Assembly (NCBI GenBank): GCA_037146715.1
Contig: JBAWWO010000003.1
Coordinates: forward strand, 65,939-129,938
Reading direction: 5' to 3'
Origin: Alphaproteobacteria bacterium
GTDB lineage: Bacteria; Pseudomonadota; Alphaproteobacteria; UBA7879; UBA5542
Length of the DNA stretch: 64,000 nt
This document shows positions 1 through 10,118 of the stretch, piece after piece. The notes beneath the pieces are model-generated. The model saw only the letters and a program-made list of their open reading frames with translations, did not search any database and was not told the origin of the DNA. The translations under genes were made by a program, and so were the position numbers. Position 1 is the first letter of the stretch, and each line of letters starts with the position of its first letter.

Positions 1-6
1 TCTTTT

Positions 7-1458
7 TTGACCCTGAAATGGACAGAAGTCGATTTCCATGTTTCCGGCAAAACAATTATTGATAATTTTTTAGCCAATATTGATATCCACCGAAATTTTC
101 ATCCGGAAGGAAAAATCAAAGAAAGCGATATGATTGAAGGCATTGGGAACATAAAACCTCTGTTAGACTTTCTACCTGCTGATATGACCACGCACTTTGA
201 AAGCTCAGGTAATGTTGAGTTAAATTATAAATCTCAAGAGAACTTAGAAGGCCTAAGGCATACAGATGTTAAAGTAAATTTTAAAGATGCCACTTTTTCT
301 TTACCCTTTTTAGGATGGCAAAAGAAAAAGAATCAAGCCGGTTTATTGGATCTTTCCTATGCTACCCAAAATGGAACCCTAAAGAAAATTAATAAAATGA
401 ATCTGAAATCTAAAAACTTAGATATTCAGGGAAAATTATCTTTCAATGATGGGGGGCAGATCACGTCCTTTGCGCTGTCTCCCTTTACCTTTAACCAATC
501 AAAGGGAGTTCTAAAAGGCACCCGTAAGAAAGATCATTGGGCCATTTATGCCCAGTTTCCCTATCTACACGGGGGTGCTTTGCTTCCTGGCCTAAAAGCC
601 TATTTCAAGAAGCCTTCAACCTCTACCGATTCCTATGGGTTAACCCTTTCGATTACCAATTTATTTTTGTCTCACAACATACTGGTCCCCAATTTCAAAT
701 GTTCCTTACAAAGCGCAAAAGGAAGCCTAAATAATCTTAATATCGCAGGGGGTAAAGAAGGTGAGCTGATCAAAATATTCTATGGAAAAGACGGTAAGAA
801 TACGAAATTTCTGGCCAACATCCAACAGTTAGAGCCTTTGTTAAAGGGTCTGCAATTAAGCAATAAAATTAAAGGAAGAAATCTTAAAATTGATGCCACC
901 CAACTATCTAGCGATTCAAAAAATCCCTTAGAAGGTTCTTTCTCAGTTGATGAAATTTATGTGAAAGATGCCCCCATTTTAGCCAATATTTTAAGTCTTA
1001 TTTCCGTGGAAAGTTTGGTAAGTCAGCTGAAAGGGGATGGTCTGTTGTTCAAAGATAACGCAGGAAAATTCAGATACAGAAATAAGATTCTTATATTAGA
1101 AGAAGCAAAAATGATGAATTCATCTATTGGGATTACGGCCAAAGGGCATATTAATTTTAAAGACAACCACATAGATCTGGATGGTGTTTTGGTGCCCGCC
1201 AATTTCTTTAATCAGATTCTGGGGAAAATTCCTTTAATTGGCCAACTATTGTCAGGCGAAAAAGATCAGGGATTAGTATCCATGTCGTATTGGGTCAAGG
1301 GTGATTTAAACAACCCCAAAGTGCGCAGCAACCCCCTAAGTTTACTGGCCCCAAATTTTATACGAAATTTGTTCCAGGGTATTACCCATAAAAGATCAGA
1401 AGAAGAAATGACTATAGAAGAAAAGTTTTTTGCTTCTGAACCTGAAATACAGCAATAG
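7..1458 (+). CDS. AsmA/YhdP-family protein, C-terminal portion (5' end lies outside the window)
   Basis: The ORF is open from the window edge. Its C-terminal region has an AsmA-like signature (…PKVRSNPLSLLAPNFIRNLF…) typical of the AsmA/TamB/YhdP envelope-protein family. There is no N-terminal start because it is truncated by the window. Confidence 0.45.
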   Translation: MTLKWTEVDFHVSGKTIIDNFLANIDIHRNFHPEGKIKESDMIEGIGNIKPLLDFLPADMTTHFESSGNVELNYKSQENLEGLRHTDVKVNFKDATFSLPFLGWQKKKNQAGLLDLSYATQNGTLKKINKMNLKSKNLDIQGKLSFNDGGQITSFALSPFTFNQSKGVLKGTRKKDHWAIYAQFPYLHGGALLPGLKAYFKKPSTSTDSYGLTLSITNLFLSHNILVPNFKCSLQSAKGSLNNLNIAGGKEGELIKIFYGKDGKNTKFLANIQQLEPLLKGLQLSNKIKGRNLKIDATQLSSDSKNPLEGSFSVDEIYVKDAPILANILSLISVESLVSQLKGDGLLFKDNAGKFRYRNKILILEEAKMMNSSIGITAKGHINFKDNHIDLDGVLVPANFFNQILGKIPLIGQLLSGEKDQGLVSMSYWVKGDLNNPKVRSNPLSLLAPNFIRNLFQGITHKRSEEEMTIEEKFFASEPEIQQ

Positions 1459-2140
1459 AAACTGTTTGGGCTACATTTAGGGTGGTAAATTTTTTACTGG
1501 TAGGTAACTTTATTAACACATCGCAGTTTTCTTTTGTCAGCCTGCGAAGGCCTTCTCCCTCGGCTCCGAATAGCAAAGCAACCCGGCCGGAAATCTCATA
1601 GGTTCCCAAAACATTTTTGCCTTCTTCCGCAAAACCATAACACCAAAAATTATGACCTTTCAAAAACTCTAAAGCTCGGGACAGGTTCATGACCCGCAAC
1701 ACTGGAACTTGTTCTAAAGCGCCTGAGGCAACCTTGGCAATGGTTCCCTCAAAATCGGGGGAATGATGCTCAGGCACAATTAAGGCATCCACCTGGAAGG
1801 CCGCACAAGATCTTAGAATAGCCCCTAAGTTTTGCGGATCTGTAACTTGATCTAACACAACAACGCACGCTTCTTCACCCAGAGAATCCACAATATCTTC
1901 CAAGGATAAATCTTCCAGGGCCGATGTTTCCAACACAACCCCCTGATGAACAGCTCCCTTAGAAATCATCGTCGCTAAGGTTTTATCATCCGTAATTTTA
2001 TAGGGAACATGGGATAAAAATTTTGAAAAAGCCCCCTGGGATTTTTCAGTCAGCCATAACCTTTTATGATCCCGTCGGGAGTTGTTTAAAGCCGCTAAAA
2101 CTGCGTGGGTTCCATAAATAGAAATTATTTTTTTGCTCAT
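1412..2140 (-). CDS. rlmB: TrmH/SpoU-family 23S rRNA (guanosine-2'-O)-methyltransferase RlmB-like
   Basis: 242 aa with an N-terminal RlmB substrate-binding region (IYGTHAVLAALNN) and a C-terminal SpoU methylase fold (LLFGAEGEGLRRL…). The gene overlaps the pyk start with an ATGA junction. Confidence 0.8.
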   Translation of the reverse strand: MSKKIISIYGTHAVLAALNNSRRDHKRLWLTEKSQGAFSKFLSHVPYKITDDKTLATMISKGAVHQGVVLETSALEDLSLEDIVDSLGEEACVVVLDQVTDPQNLGAILRSCAAFQVDALIVPEHHSPDFEGTIAKVASGALEQVPVLRVMNLSRALEFLKGHNFWCYGFAEEGKNVLGTYEISGRVALLFGAEGEGLRRLTKENCDVLIKLPTSKKFTTLNVAQTVSIAVFQVQKQKTFLL

Positions 2141-3564
2141 AAAGTTTCAACGCACATTATATTGGTGGTACCGGGCGTCCCAAAGGGGACTCCACAGGTT
2201 ATAATGATTGGTGTTAAAGAGGGCAAGAACTTTAAGTCTTTTGCCACTTTTTTAGCCATTACAATCATTTCATCCAGATCTTCCACATGGGGAATCAAAC
2301 AAGGATAAACACCCCAAACAAGGTTTAAATAGCGCGCCACGTTTTCGTCTGTTGTCATGGCTAAAATGGCGCTAGGAGGTCGTTTGTGGGCGGTGCGAAT
2401 AGCCGTTCCCCCCGTTGCCGTATAGGTTACGATAAGGGGGCTTTTTATATCTTGGGCTATTTTCTTGGCGGACGCCGTAACCCCATCAGAAACAGAAGAG
2501 TGCTCCAGGGGGGGTGAAAAAGTTTCCAGGCTTTTGCTAAAGGAGGCATCATCCTCAACGGACTGAATAATGCGATGGAGCATTTCTATGGCCTCAAGGG
2601 GGTATTTACCCGAGGCAGATTCTGCTGAGAGCATAACCGCATCTGCCCCCTCGTAAACAGCCGTTGCTACGTCAGAGGCCTCAGCCCTTGTGGGGACAGG
2701 GGCATAAATCATGGATTCAAGCATTTGGGTTGCCACAATTACGGGTTTTCCTTGTCGACGACACTCTTGAATAATTTTTCGCTGTAAAATGGGTACATGC
2801 TCTGGAGGGCACTCGACCCCCAAATCACCACGAGCTACCATGATGCCATCGGCCAATTCTATAATTTCAGCCAAGGATTGTAAGGCCTGGGGCTTTTCTA
2901 TTTTCGCCATAACCTTAAAAGGTTTTGCCAAAAGATTTTTTAGGGTTTGCAGGTCTTCTGGCTTTTGCACAAAAGATAGGGCTACCCAGTCGATGGGTTG
3001 GTTTGACAAAAATTTTAAATCCTCTTGATCTTTCTGGGTAAAGGCAGAAATTTTCAAAAGCGTATTAGGGATATTCACCCCTTTTTTATTAGAAAGAATA
3101 CCCCCCACCACAACCTTAGTTTTTAAAGAAGTTGGGGTCACTTGGGTCACTTCCAATTTCAGCTTGCCATCATCTAATAGCAAAAAATTTCCTGGGGACA
3201 AGGATGTATGTAAATCTAAATGACACGGAAAAAAGACTCGTTTTTCATTTCCCAAACTATCTTCGGAATCCAACACAAAAGTTTGGCCTTCTTTCAAGGT
3301 AATAGATCCTTGTTCAAAGTCACCAATGCGGAGTTTTGGGCCCTGAAAATCAGCCAAAATAGCTACAAATATTTTGGTGGTTTTTTCAGCTTGCCGAATC
3401 CACTGAATATTTTGGGCATGTTGATCATGGGTTCCATGGGAAAAATTCAGCCGGAAAACATTGACGCCCGCTTCAATCATTTTGGTAATCATGGGCAAGG
3501 ACGAACTGCTGGGCCCCAAGGTTGCCACAATTTTAACTTTGCGTAAGGACTGCTGTGAAATCAT
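2137..3564 (-). CDS. pyk: pyruvate kinase
   Basis: 475 aa. The N-terminus KIVATLGPSS and internal MVARGDLGVE are canonical pyruvate kinase motifs. Confidence 0.95.
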   Translation of the reverse strand: MISQQSLRKVKIVATLGPSSSSLPMITKMIEAGVNVFRLNFSHGTHDQHAQNIQWIRQAEKTTKIFVAILADFQGPKLRIGDFEQGSITLKEGQTFVLDSEDSLGNEKRVFFPCHLDLHTSLSPGNFLLLDDGKLKLEVTQVTPTSLKTKVVVGGILSNKKGVNIPNTLLKISAFTQKDQEDLKFLSNQPIDWVALSFVQKPEDLQTLKNLLAKPFKVMAKIEKPQALQSLAEIIELADGIMVARGDLGVECPPEHVPILQRKIIQECRRQGKPVIVATQMLESMIYAPVPTRAEASDVATAVYEGADAVMLSAESASGKYPLEAIEMLHRIIQSVEDDASFSKSLETFSPPLEHSSVSDGVTASAKKIAQDIKSPLIVTYTATGGTAIRTAHKRPPSAILAMTTDENVARYLNLVWGVYPCLIPHVEDLDEMIVMAKKVAKDLKFLPSLTPIIITCGVPFGTPGTTNIMCVETL

Positions 3565-3684
3565 TTGCTTAGTTTATATCAAGTTTTAGAAATAATCGAG
3601 GTCTCATTTCTATCTGAACCTGTGCATACACATTTTCTTAAGTGTTGTCCTCGGACTTGATCCAGGGATCCAAATGGGGTTGTG

Positions 3685-4473
3685 TTAGAGCAATAATGTC
3701 TTCAGTTTTTCATAAACCCCAATGGGGCCGGCAACTAGATTTGAAACCTCATGACCGGAAACGTCATAAGACAAGGTTCCCCGACTTTCTTCAACAATAA
3801 CTTTTCCAGCAGATACATCCCAAACTTTCAAGTTATCTTCAAAGTATCCGTCCGTCCGTCCTGCAGCCACATAAGCCAAGCTAAGAGCTGAAGAACCCAG
3901 GCAGCGCACAATAGCATGATGCCCAAGTAAAATTTCTAAACGAGCCAACGCTTTTTTTTGGGCTGCCTCATTCCCATGGGTTCCCGTGATGACTAAGCTT
4001 TCCTTTAAGTCTTTGCGACTTGATGCCTGCAGTCGTTGAGAATTCAGGAAGGCACCTTTACCTTTTTCGGCCCAGAACATTTCGTCCAGCAAGGGATCAA
4101 AAATAACACCCGCGGTCAGCACGCCTTTGTGTTCATAAGCAATCGACACGCAAAAGCCAGGAAGGCCATGCAGAAAATTTGTGGTTCCGTCCAAGGGGTC
4201 AACAATCCAGCGATGGTCTGGTTCTGTTCCTTCCTGAATACCGCTTTCTTCCATAAGATAGCTATACCCCGGCCGTGCTTTTTCTAGAATAATCTGAATG
4301 GTTTTTTCAGCTTTTCTATCAGCCGTTGAAACGAAATCTTTGGGCCCCTTGCGATCAATTTGGAGTTTTTCAATTTCGCCAAAATCTTTGACCAGTCCCC
4401 GCCCTGCTTTAAAGGCGGCTTCAATCATCACGTTCAAAATGGCCGATTGGGTAAGGATGCGTTCTCTAAACAT
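3685..4473 (-). CDS. suhB: inositol monophosphatase family protein (SuhB-like)
   Basis: 262 aa with the IMPase metal-binding motifs WIVDPLDGTTNF and a C-terminal WDVSAG-like motif. Confidence 0.85.
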   Translation of the reverse strand: MFRERILTQSAILNVMIEAAFKAGRGLVKDFGEIEKLQIDRKGPKDFVSTADRKAEKTIQIILEKARPGYSYLMEESGIQEGTEPDHRWIVDPLDGTTNFLHGLPGFCVSIAYEHKGVLTAGVIFDPLLDEMFWAEKGKGAFLNSQRLQASSRKDLKESLVITGTHGNEAAQKKALARLEILLGHHAIVRCLGSSALSLAYVAAGRTDGYFEDNLKVWDVSAGKVIVEESRGTLSYDVSGHEVSNLVAGPIGVYEKLKTLLL

Positions 4474-5039
4474 TAGTCTTTGGCTTTTTCGACGTAAGTG
4501 CCATCTGCCGTATTCACGACAACACGCACGCCCGATTCAATATGAGGAGGAACCATAACCCGAAGACCATTTTCTAATATAGCTGGCTTATAGGAAGAAG
4601 AAGCTGTTTGCCCCTTTACAACCGGATCAGCCTCAACAATTTTCATAACAACAGTTTCGGGCAATTCCACACCAACTGGTTCACTTTCATAGCTAATAAT
4701 TTTGACAATCATGCTTTCTTGCAAATAGTCTGCAGCGCCACCAATAAAATCTTTTGTCAGTCCCACTTGGTCATAAGATTGCACATTCATGAATGTATAA
4801 GTATCGCCCTCAGCAAATAAGAACTGATACTCTTCTTCATCCATATGAACCCGTTCAACGGTTTCGCTAGAGCGGAAACGTTCGTTCAATTTTGTGCCGG
4901 TTTTTATATCTTTAAGTTCAACCTGTAAGTAAGCGCCACCCTTTCCTGGCTGAGTATGCATAGTTTTTACAGCAACCCACAGACGGTTTTTATGCTCAAT
5001 CACATTACCAATTTTTATACTGTTTCCTGAAATTTTCAT
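4473..5039 (-). CDS. efp: elongation factor P
   Basis: 188 aa. It has the EF-P N-terminal KOW-like region and the conserved loop QPGKGGA carrying the modifiable Lys. Three OB-fold domains are apparent. Confidence 0.95.
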   Translation of the reverse strand: MKISGNSIKIGNVIEHKNRLWVAVKTMHTQPGKGGAYLQVELKDIKTGTKLNERFRSSETVERVHMDEEEYQFLFAEGDTYTFMNVQSYDQVGLTKDFIGGAADYLQESMIVKIISYESEPVGVELPETVVMKIVEADPVVKGQTASSSYKPAILENGLRVMVPPHIESGVRVVVNTADGTYVEKAKD

Positions 5040-5951
5040 TTACTTGCCCTTATAAATACGAATCATCTCATCTATCAGACTTAAGGCTTCTTGTCGAGGC
5101 CTTTGAAATAAATTCCTGCCAATGATAGACCCAAAGCCGCCCCCTTTTTTGACATCATGAACTTCTTCCAACAGTTCCTTATCTGTCTTTTTGGCACCCC
5201 CAGAGAAAATCACCATTCGGCGCCCCGCAAAGCAAGATTTCACAACATACTCAATACGATCTTCCAAAGTTTTGTAAGGAATTTTTCCAGCAATCAAAGC
5301 TTGGCGATCAACTTCCTTTTCCAGATGGTCTGTAGGGATTTTAACTTTAACAATGTGGGCGCCCAGCAAACAGGCCATATGGGCCCCATAGCTAACCACG
5401 TCAAGGCCCGTTTCCCCGGCTGAAGACATATTCCCCCGGGGGTAGGACCAGATAATCACAAAAAGCCCCTTAGATTTCGCTTCTGCAATAAGATCTTTCA
5501 TTTTTTCAATCATTTCATAGGTATGATCAGAGCCTGGATAAATGGTGAATCCAATGCCGCTGCACCCTAAGCGGACGGCATCATCTACACAGGCCGTAAT
5601 CGCTTGATTGGGTTCGCCCGCAACCAAGCTATTGCCGCTATTCATTTTTAAAATGGTGGGAATCTTATCAGCGAAAGTTTTTGCGCCCGATTCTAACAAC
5701 CCCAAGGGCGCCGCAAAGCCGGAAAGGCCGGCGTCAATAGCCAGTTGAAAATGATAATGAGGATCATAAGCGGCGTGGTTCACAGCAAAGCTGCGGCTGG
5801 GGCCATGTTCAAAACCTTGATCCACGGCCAGTACAATCAATTTCCCCGATCCCCCTAGTTTGCCATGGGACAACAGCTTCGCCAAATTGGCCCTGGTGGC
5901 TGCAGAGTCACTTTCGTAGTGGGCTAAAATCGAATCAATTGTGTGGGGCAT
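5040..5951 (-). CDS. fbaB: class I fructose-bisphosphate aldolase (DhnA/FbaB type)
   Basis: 303 aa. The LAVDQGFEHGP motif and overall length match the DhnA-type class I aldolases. It sits in a glycolytic neighbourhood with pyk. Confidence 0.75.
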   Translation of the reverse strand: MPHTIDSILAHYESDSAATRANLAKLLSHGKLGGSGKLIVLAVDQGFEHGPSRSFAVNHAAYDPHYHFQLAIDAGLSGFAAPLGLLESGAKTFADKIPTILKMNSGNSLVAGEPNQAITACVDDAVRLGCSGIGFTIYPGSDHTYEMIEKMKDLIAEAKSKGLFVIIWSYPRGNMSSAGETGLDVVSYGAHMACLLGAHIVKVKIPTDHLEKEVDRQALIAGKIPYKTLEDRIEYVVKSCFAGRRMVIFSGGAKKTDKELLEEVHDVKKGGGFGSIIGRNLFQRPRQEALSLIDEMIRIYKGK

Positions 5952-5960
5952 GTCTCGAGT

Positions 5961-6878
5961 CTACTTTTTTCGGCGAATCAAATCAATAAGTCTTGCAATG
6001 GTCTCGCTTAAATCTTTTCGATGAACAACCATATCAACCATTCCATGGTCGCGCAGATACTCAGCCGTTTGAAACCCTGCTGGTAATTTTTCCCGAATCG
6101 TTTCCTGAATAACACGAGCCCCTGTAAAGCCAATTGTGGCCCCGGGTTCAGCAATCGCAATATCACCTAACATCGCAAAAGAGGCTGAAACCCCTCCTGT
6201 TGTAGGATCTGTTAGCAACAAGAATAAAGGCAGGTGAGCTTCCCGAACCAACTGCACTGCAATAGTTGTGCGAACCATTTGCATCAAGGCAAGCACCCCT
6301 TCCTGCATACGGGCACCTCCAGATGCGGGCACAATGATCAGAGGAAAATTCATTTTAATAGCCAGTTCGGCTGCAGCAACAAGTCCTTCACCAACCGCCA
6401 TGCCCATAGACCCACCCATGAAAGAAAAATCAAAAGCTGCCACAACAGCAGACTTCTTGCCAATTGATCCATGAGCCACCAAAATCGCATCATCCCGATT
6501 TGTTTTGTCTCGATAGGCTTTTAGACGATCTGTATATTTCTTCGAATCTTTAAACTTTAGAGGATCTGTCGGGACAGAGGGCAGGGTGATGAGAGTATAG
6601 ATGCCTTCATCAAATAAATAATCCAACCTCTTTTTGCCATCTAATCTGAAGTGATAGTTGCAATAATGGCAGACAAACAGGTTTGTTTCCAAATCCCGAT
6701 GAAACAACATTTGCTCGCAAGAGGAACACTTCTGCCATAGGTTGTCAGAAATTTCCGGTTTTTTATCGGCGGTCAATCGTTGTAATTTTGGCCGAACGTA
6801 ATCTGTGATCCAATTCATAAGCTCTTTCTTATCAAAATTCTGGCAAACTCGCAAGTTTTGAAAAAACTTTCCTACCAC
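5961..6878 (-). CDS. accD: acetyl-CoA carboxylase carboxyltransferase subunit beta
   Basis: 305 aa with the N-terminal Zn-ribbon C-x2-C…C-x2-C (CSSCEQ…CHYCNYH) and the carboxyltransferase domain (GGSMG motif). Confidence 0.95.
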   Translation of the reverse strand: MVGKFFQNLRVCQNFDKKELMNWITDYVRPKLQRLTADKKPEISDNLWQKCSSCEQMLFHRDLETNLFVCHYCNYHFRLDGKKRLDYLFDEGIYTLITLPSVPTDPLKFKDSKKYTDRLKAYRDKTNRDDAILVAHGSIGKKSAVVAAFDFSFMGGSMGMAVGEGLVAAAELAIKMNFPLIIVPASGGARMQEGVLALMQMVRTTIAVQLVREAHLPLFLLLTDPTTGGVSASFAMLGDIAIAEPGATIGFTGARVIQETIREKLPAGFQTAEYLRDHGMVDMVVHRKDLSETIARLIDLIRRKK

Positions 6879-7014
6879 AGAATATCTAAAAAGATAGATT
6901 TTCTGGGCAATTTATGATTAAATAAAAAATCGTATTATAAAAATTTAGGAGGAAGTTCTGGAGGCCCTACCAAATTCTTTTTGGCAAATTCTGTACTTTT
7001 TAAGTGCAGCTATT

Positions 7015-8664
7015 GTGGTATCTGTTGTTTGTAACAAGCTGCGGGTTACTTCTGTCTTGGGCTATCTTTTTATTGGATTGATTCTGGGGCCCCACGTATT
7101 GGGGGTTTTTTCTGATATTGAGGCCTCAAAAAACATTGCTGAACTTGGGGTTGTTTTTCTGTTATTTACCATTGGTCTAGAATTACCTTGGGACAAACTT
7201 CAGGAACTTAAACGTTATATTTTAAAGATGGGAAGCTTACAGGTTTTATTAACCTCGACCTTGTTCGGGGCTATTGCTCATTATTGTGGTGCTGACCTTA
7301 CGACCTCTATTTTGATTGGAATTGCCCTTTCTTTTTCTTCCACCGCTGTTGTTTTGCAAATTCTGTCTGATCAAAAGGAATTGACCACTCGGTATGGGCG
7401 CATGTCTTTTTCCGTTCTTTTGTTTCAAGATTTTGTTGTCATCATTTTGCTTGCCTGGATGACCATGCTGAAAGATAGTAGCTCATCTTTCTTATACTTG
7501 TTGGGGTGGTCTGTCTTTAAAGTCTTTCTTGTGTTCCTTTGTCTAGTTGTGTTTGGGCGATTTTTTCTGAGACCATTTTATCGGCTAGTGGCATCAGTGG
7601 GCAGTTCTGATTTATTTTTTGCAGTTACAATCTTCATTATTTTGGCCATCAGCTTCGCGACAGAAAGTGCTGGCCTTTCTTTAGGGCTTGGCGCTTTTTT
7701 TGCGGGATTACTGCTGGCTGAAACCGAATATAAACACCAAATTGAAGCTGATATAAAACCTTTCCGCTCTTTACTACTAGGCCTGTTTTTCATGATGGTG
7801 GGGATGAGTTTAAATCCCGAGATTATGTTGAAAGATTCGTCTTTGGTGGGCGGTATTTTTGTGGTCATGATTTTAGCCAAGGCTTCTATTTTGCTTGTCA
7901 CCTGCATGGTCATGCGCATTAGTGTTAAAACCAGCATTCGGTTTGCTTTGTTATTGGCAGGGGGAAGCGAGTTCGTTTTCATTTTGATGAAACAAGCCCA
8001 ATCCACAGGAATTGTAAGCGATGAGCTGGCCCAAATTATTTATCTGAATGTGGTTTTAAGCATGATGGTGACGCCTCTTCTTTCTTGGGTTGGAAACTTT
8101 ATTAGTGGGCGTATAGGTCGAGAAATGGGATTTGCTTTAAAGGCGGCGGAAGAAGAATCTCAAGATTTGAAAAACCATGTGATTATTGTTGGGTTCGGGG
8201 CGGTGGGAGAAACCGTCCACAATTTGTTAACAAGGCGTTTGATTCCTCATGTTATCGTTGACCTAAATGTTGCACGGGTTGCCCTGGGACATAAGAAAAA
8301 ATTCCCCATATTTTATGGAGATGCTAGAAAGATAGAAGTTTTTCAAGCCTTCAGAGCAGATAAAGCAAAGGCTGTTGTTGTAAGTTCTGATGACTTTACA
8401 TTTTCTTCTCGTCTAGTCATTACTTTAAAAAGATACTATCCTAAGTTAAGAATTTTGGTGCGTGTTCAGGGGGCCCAAGATGCCCTTAAACTAAAAGCCC
8501 TGGGGGCAGAACCGATTGTGCCGGAAATTTTCGCACCTAGTTTCCAATTAGCTTCAGCTGTTTTTGAAAGTTTTGGCATGAGCCAACAGGAAGTTGACTC
8601 GATCATTGAAAAATATCGCCAAAGTTTGGGAAAAAAAGAACTACAGGTTCTTGAGCAAAATTAA
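7015..8664 (+). CDS. kefB: monovalent cation:proton antiporter-2 (CPA2) family K+ efflux protein with C-terminal TrkA-N/RCK domain (KefB/KefC-like)
   Basis: 549 aa with multiple TM helices and the SVLGYLFIGLILGP N-terminal signature. The C-terminus has a Rossmann-like HVIIVGFGAVG motif (TrkA-N). The first canonical start is the GTG at 7015; the true start may lie upstream (see findings). Confidence 0.85.
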   Translation: MVSVVCNKLRVTSVLGYLFIGLILGPHVLGVFSDIEASKNIAELGVVFLLFTIGLELPWDKLQELKRYILKMGSLQVLLTSTLFGAIAHYCGADLTTSILIGIALSFSSTAVVLQILSDQKELTTRYGRMSFSVLLFQDFVVIILLAWMTMLKDSSSSFLYLLGWSVFKVFLVFLCLVVFGRFFLRPFYRLVASVGSSDLFFAVTIFIILAISFATESAGLSLGLGAFFAGLLLAETEYKHQIEADIKPFRSLLLGLFFMMVGMSLNPEIMLKDSSLVGGIFVVMILAKASILLVTCMVMRISVKTSIRFALLLAGGSEFVFILMKQAQSTGIVSDELAQIIYLNVVLSMMVTPLLSWVGNFISGRIGREMGFALKAAEEESQDLKNHVIIVGFGAVGETVHNLLTRRLIPHVIVDLNVARVALGHKKKFPIFYGDARKIEVFQAFRADKAKAVVVSSDDFTFSSRLVITLKRYYPKLRILVRVQGAQDALKLKALGAEPIVPEIFAPSFQLASAVFESFGMSQQEVDSIIEKYRQSLGKKELQVLEQN

Positions 8665-8717
8665 ATATTTAAGAAAAATAATATCAACGAAGTTTTAAAA
8701 GTGATATAAAAGGTCTC

Positions 8718-10118
8718 ATGAAAATATTATTTTATGAATTGAATGAAGTTCCTTGGCGTCTTGTAGATCATTATATTAAGCAACACCCAAAATCAAACCT
8801 TGCAGACCTACTGAACCATTCTTTACAACTGACCACTGTTACTAAAGATTCAGGAGAACTTCATCCTTGGAGTACCTGGCCAACTGTTCACAGAGGGGTT
8901 TACAATGACACCCATGATATTCGTTTTTTGAATCAGGAAATTAAAACTTCTTATTTACCCTATTGGCGTATTTTGGCCCAAGAAAATATTAATGTTGGGG
9001 TTTTTGGCAGTTTGCAGTCGTGGCCAATTCCCAAAGATGAAAACTATGCTTTCTACGTGCCTGATACTTTTGCCCCAGATTCCCAAACTTATCCGAAATA
9101 TCTTAGTTTATTTCAAGCATTCAATTTAGCTCAAACAGCTCGGGATGGGGGAAGTACACCGAAAAAAGTGCCTTTATCTCTTAATTTATTAAAGGATTTG
9201 GTTGAATTGACGGCTCGGGGAATTACCTTTAGATCTTTAATGACAGTTGGAAATCAGTTATTGAGGGAAAAATTGAATCCTTTGGTAAAAGCACGTAGAT
9301 CTATTTTTCAGTCGCCTCTCGCTTTTGACTTTTTTTATCAGCTTATCCAACGAACAAGACCTCATTTTGCAACCTTCTTTAGCAACCATGCGGCAGGGAT
9401 GATGCATCGGTATTGGAAGTACACCTTTCCAGAAGATTTCGGCTATACCTTGAAAGGAAAAGAGGACGAGTTAAAACGGGATCACCTAACCCAAGCCATG
9501 AATATTACGGACTACCAGATCGGCAAACTAAAAAAATTTGCAGATGACTATGGGTATGTTCTGATGATTGGTTCTAGTATGGGACAAGAAGCTATTGATC
9601 GGGGCGATTATGTTGGTGAATTGCGTTTGGAAGAATTTGACAAGTTTTATAAGACACTCGGCTACAAAAAACCCATTAAAAACAATTTGGCTATGCAGCC
9701 CGATTTTGCTTTTTCTTTCAACAAAAAAGAAGATCTGAAAGATTTTAAAGCCTGTGTGTCTGAATTAAAAACAGTAGATAAAAAATCCTTATTTACTTTG
9801 AAAGAATCAGGGCTGACTTTGAATTGTAATTTGCAGAGTTCTCCCGAATTAGTGTTATCAGGGGTTGTAATGTACGAAGGTAAAAGAATCCCCTTCCGGG
9901 ATCTTGGTATTATTATTGAAGTGCGCGATCAGGGAACGGCCTACCACTGTCCTGAAGGAATCTGGATTGTGTACTCTAAGGGCCTTAAGAAGGATCAATC
10001 TCGGACTCGGGTAGAATCTATCAAAGTTGCCCCAACTATTCTAAAGATGTTTGGCATCAAAAGCCCGGACTATATGATCCCTGCAGAAAAAACTGTTGTG
10101 GATAGGGTAAGGGGTTAG
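8718..10118 (+). CDS. hypothetical protein with alkaline-phosphatase-superfamily-like signatures
   Basis: 466 aa with no signal peptide. The C-terminal …VAPTILKMFGI resembles the conserved metal-site motif of AP-superfamily phosphodiesterases and phosphopentomutases. The canonical N-terminal Asp/Thr and DHG positions appear substituted (YELNE, GSSMG). Confidence 0.4.
   Translation: MKILFYELNEVPWRLVDHYIKQHPKSNLADLLNHSLQLTTVTKDSGELHPWSTWPTVHRGVYNDTHDIRFLNQEIKTSYLPYWRILAQENINVGVFGSLQSWPIPKDENYAFYVPDTFAPDSQTYPKYLSLFQAFNLAQTARDGGSTPKKVPLSLNLLKDLVELTARGITFRSLMTVGNQLLREKLNPLVKARRSIFQSPLAFDFFYQLIQRTRPHFATFFSNHAAGMMHRYWKYTFPEDFGYTLKGKEDELKRDHLTQAMNITDYQIGKLKKFADDYGYVLMIGSSMGQEAIDRGDYVGELRLEEFDKFYKTLGYKKPIKNNLAMQPDFAFSFNKKEDLKDFKACVSELKTVDKKSLFTLKESGLTLNCNLQSSPELVLSGVVMYEGKRIPFRDLGIIIEVRDQGTAYHCPEGIWIVYSKGLKKDQSRTRVESIKVAPTILKMFGIKSPDYMIPAEKTVVDRVRG

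Noticed and set aside
1525-1575. Family B-like sequence (GTCAGCCTGCGAAGG) inside the rlmB coding region
   Set aside because: It is a short partial match within a conserved CDS and is probably coincidental. It is not counted as a repeat copy.
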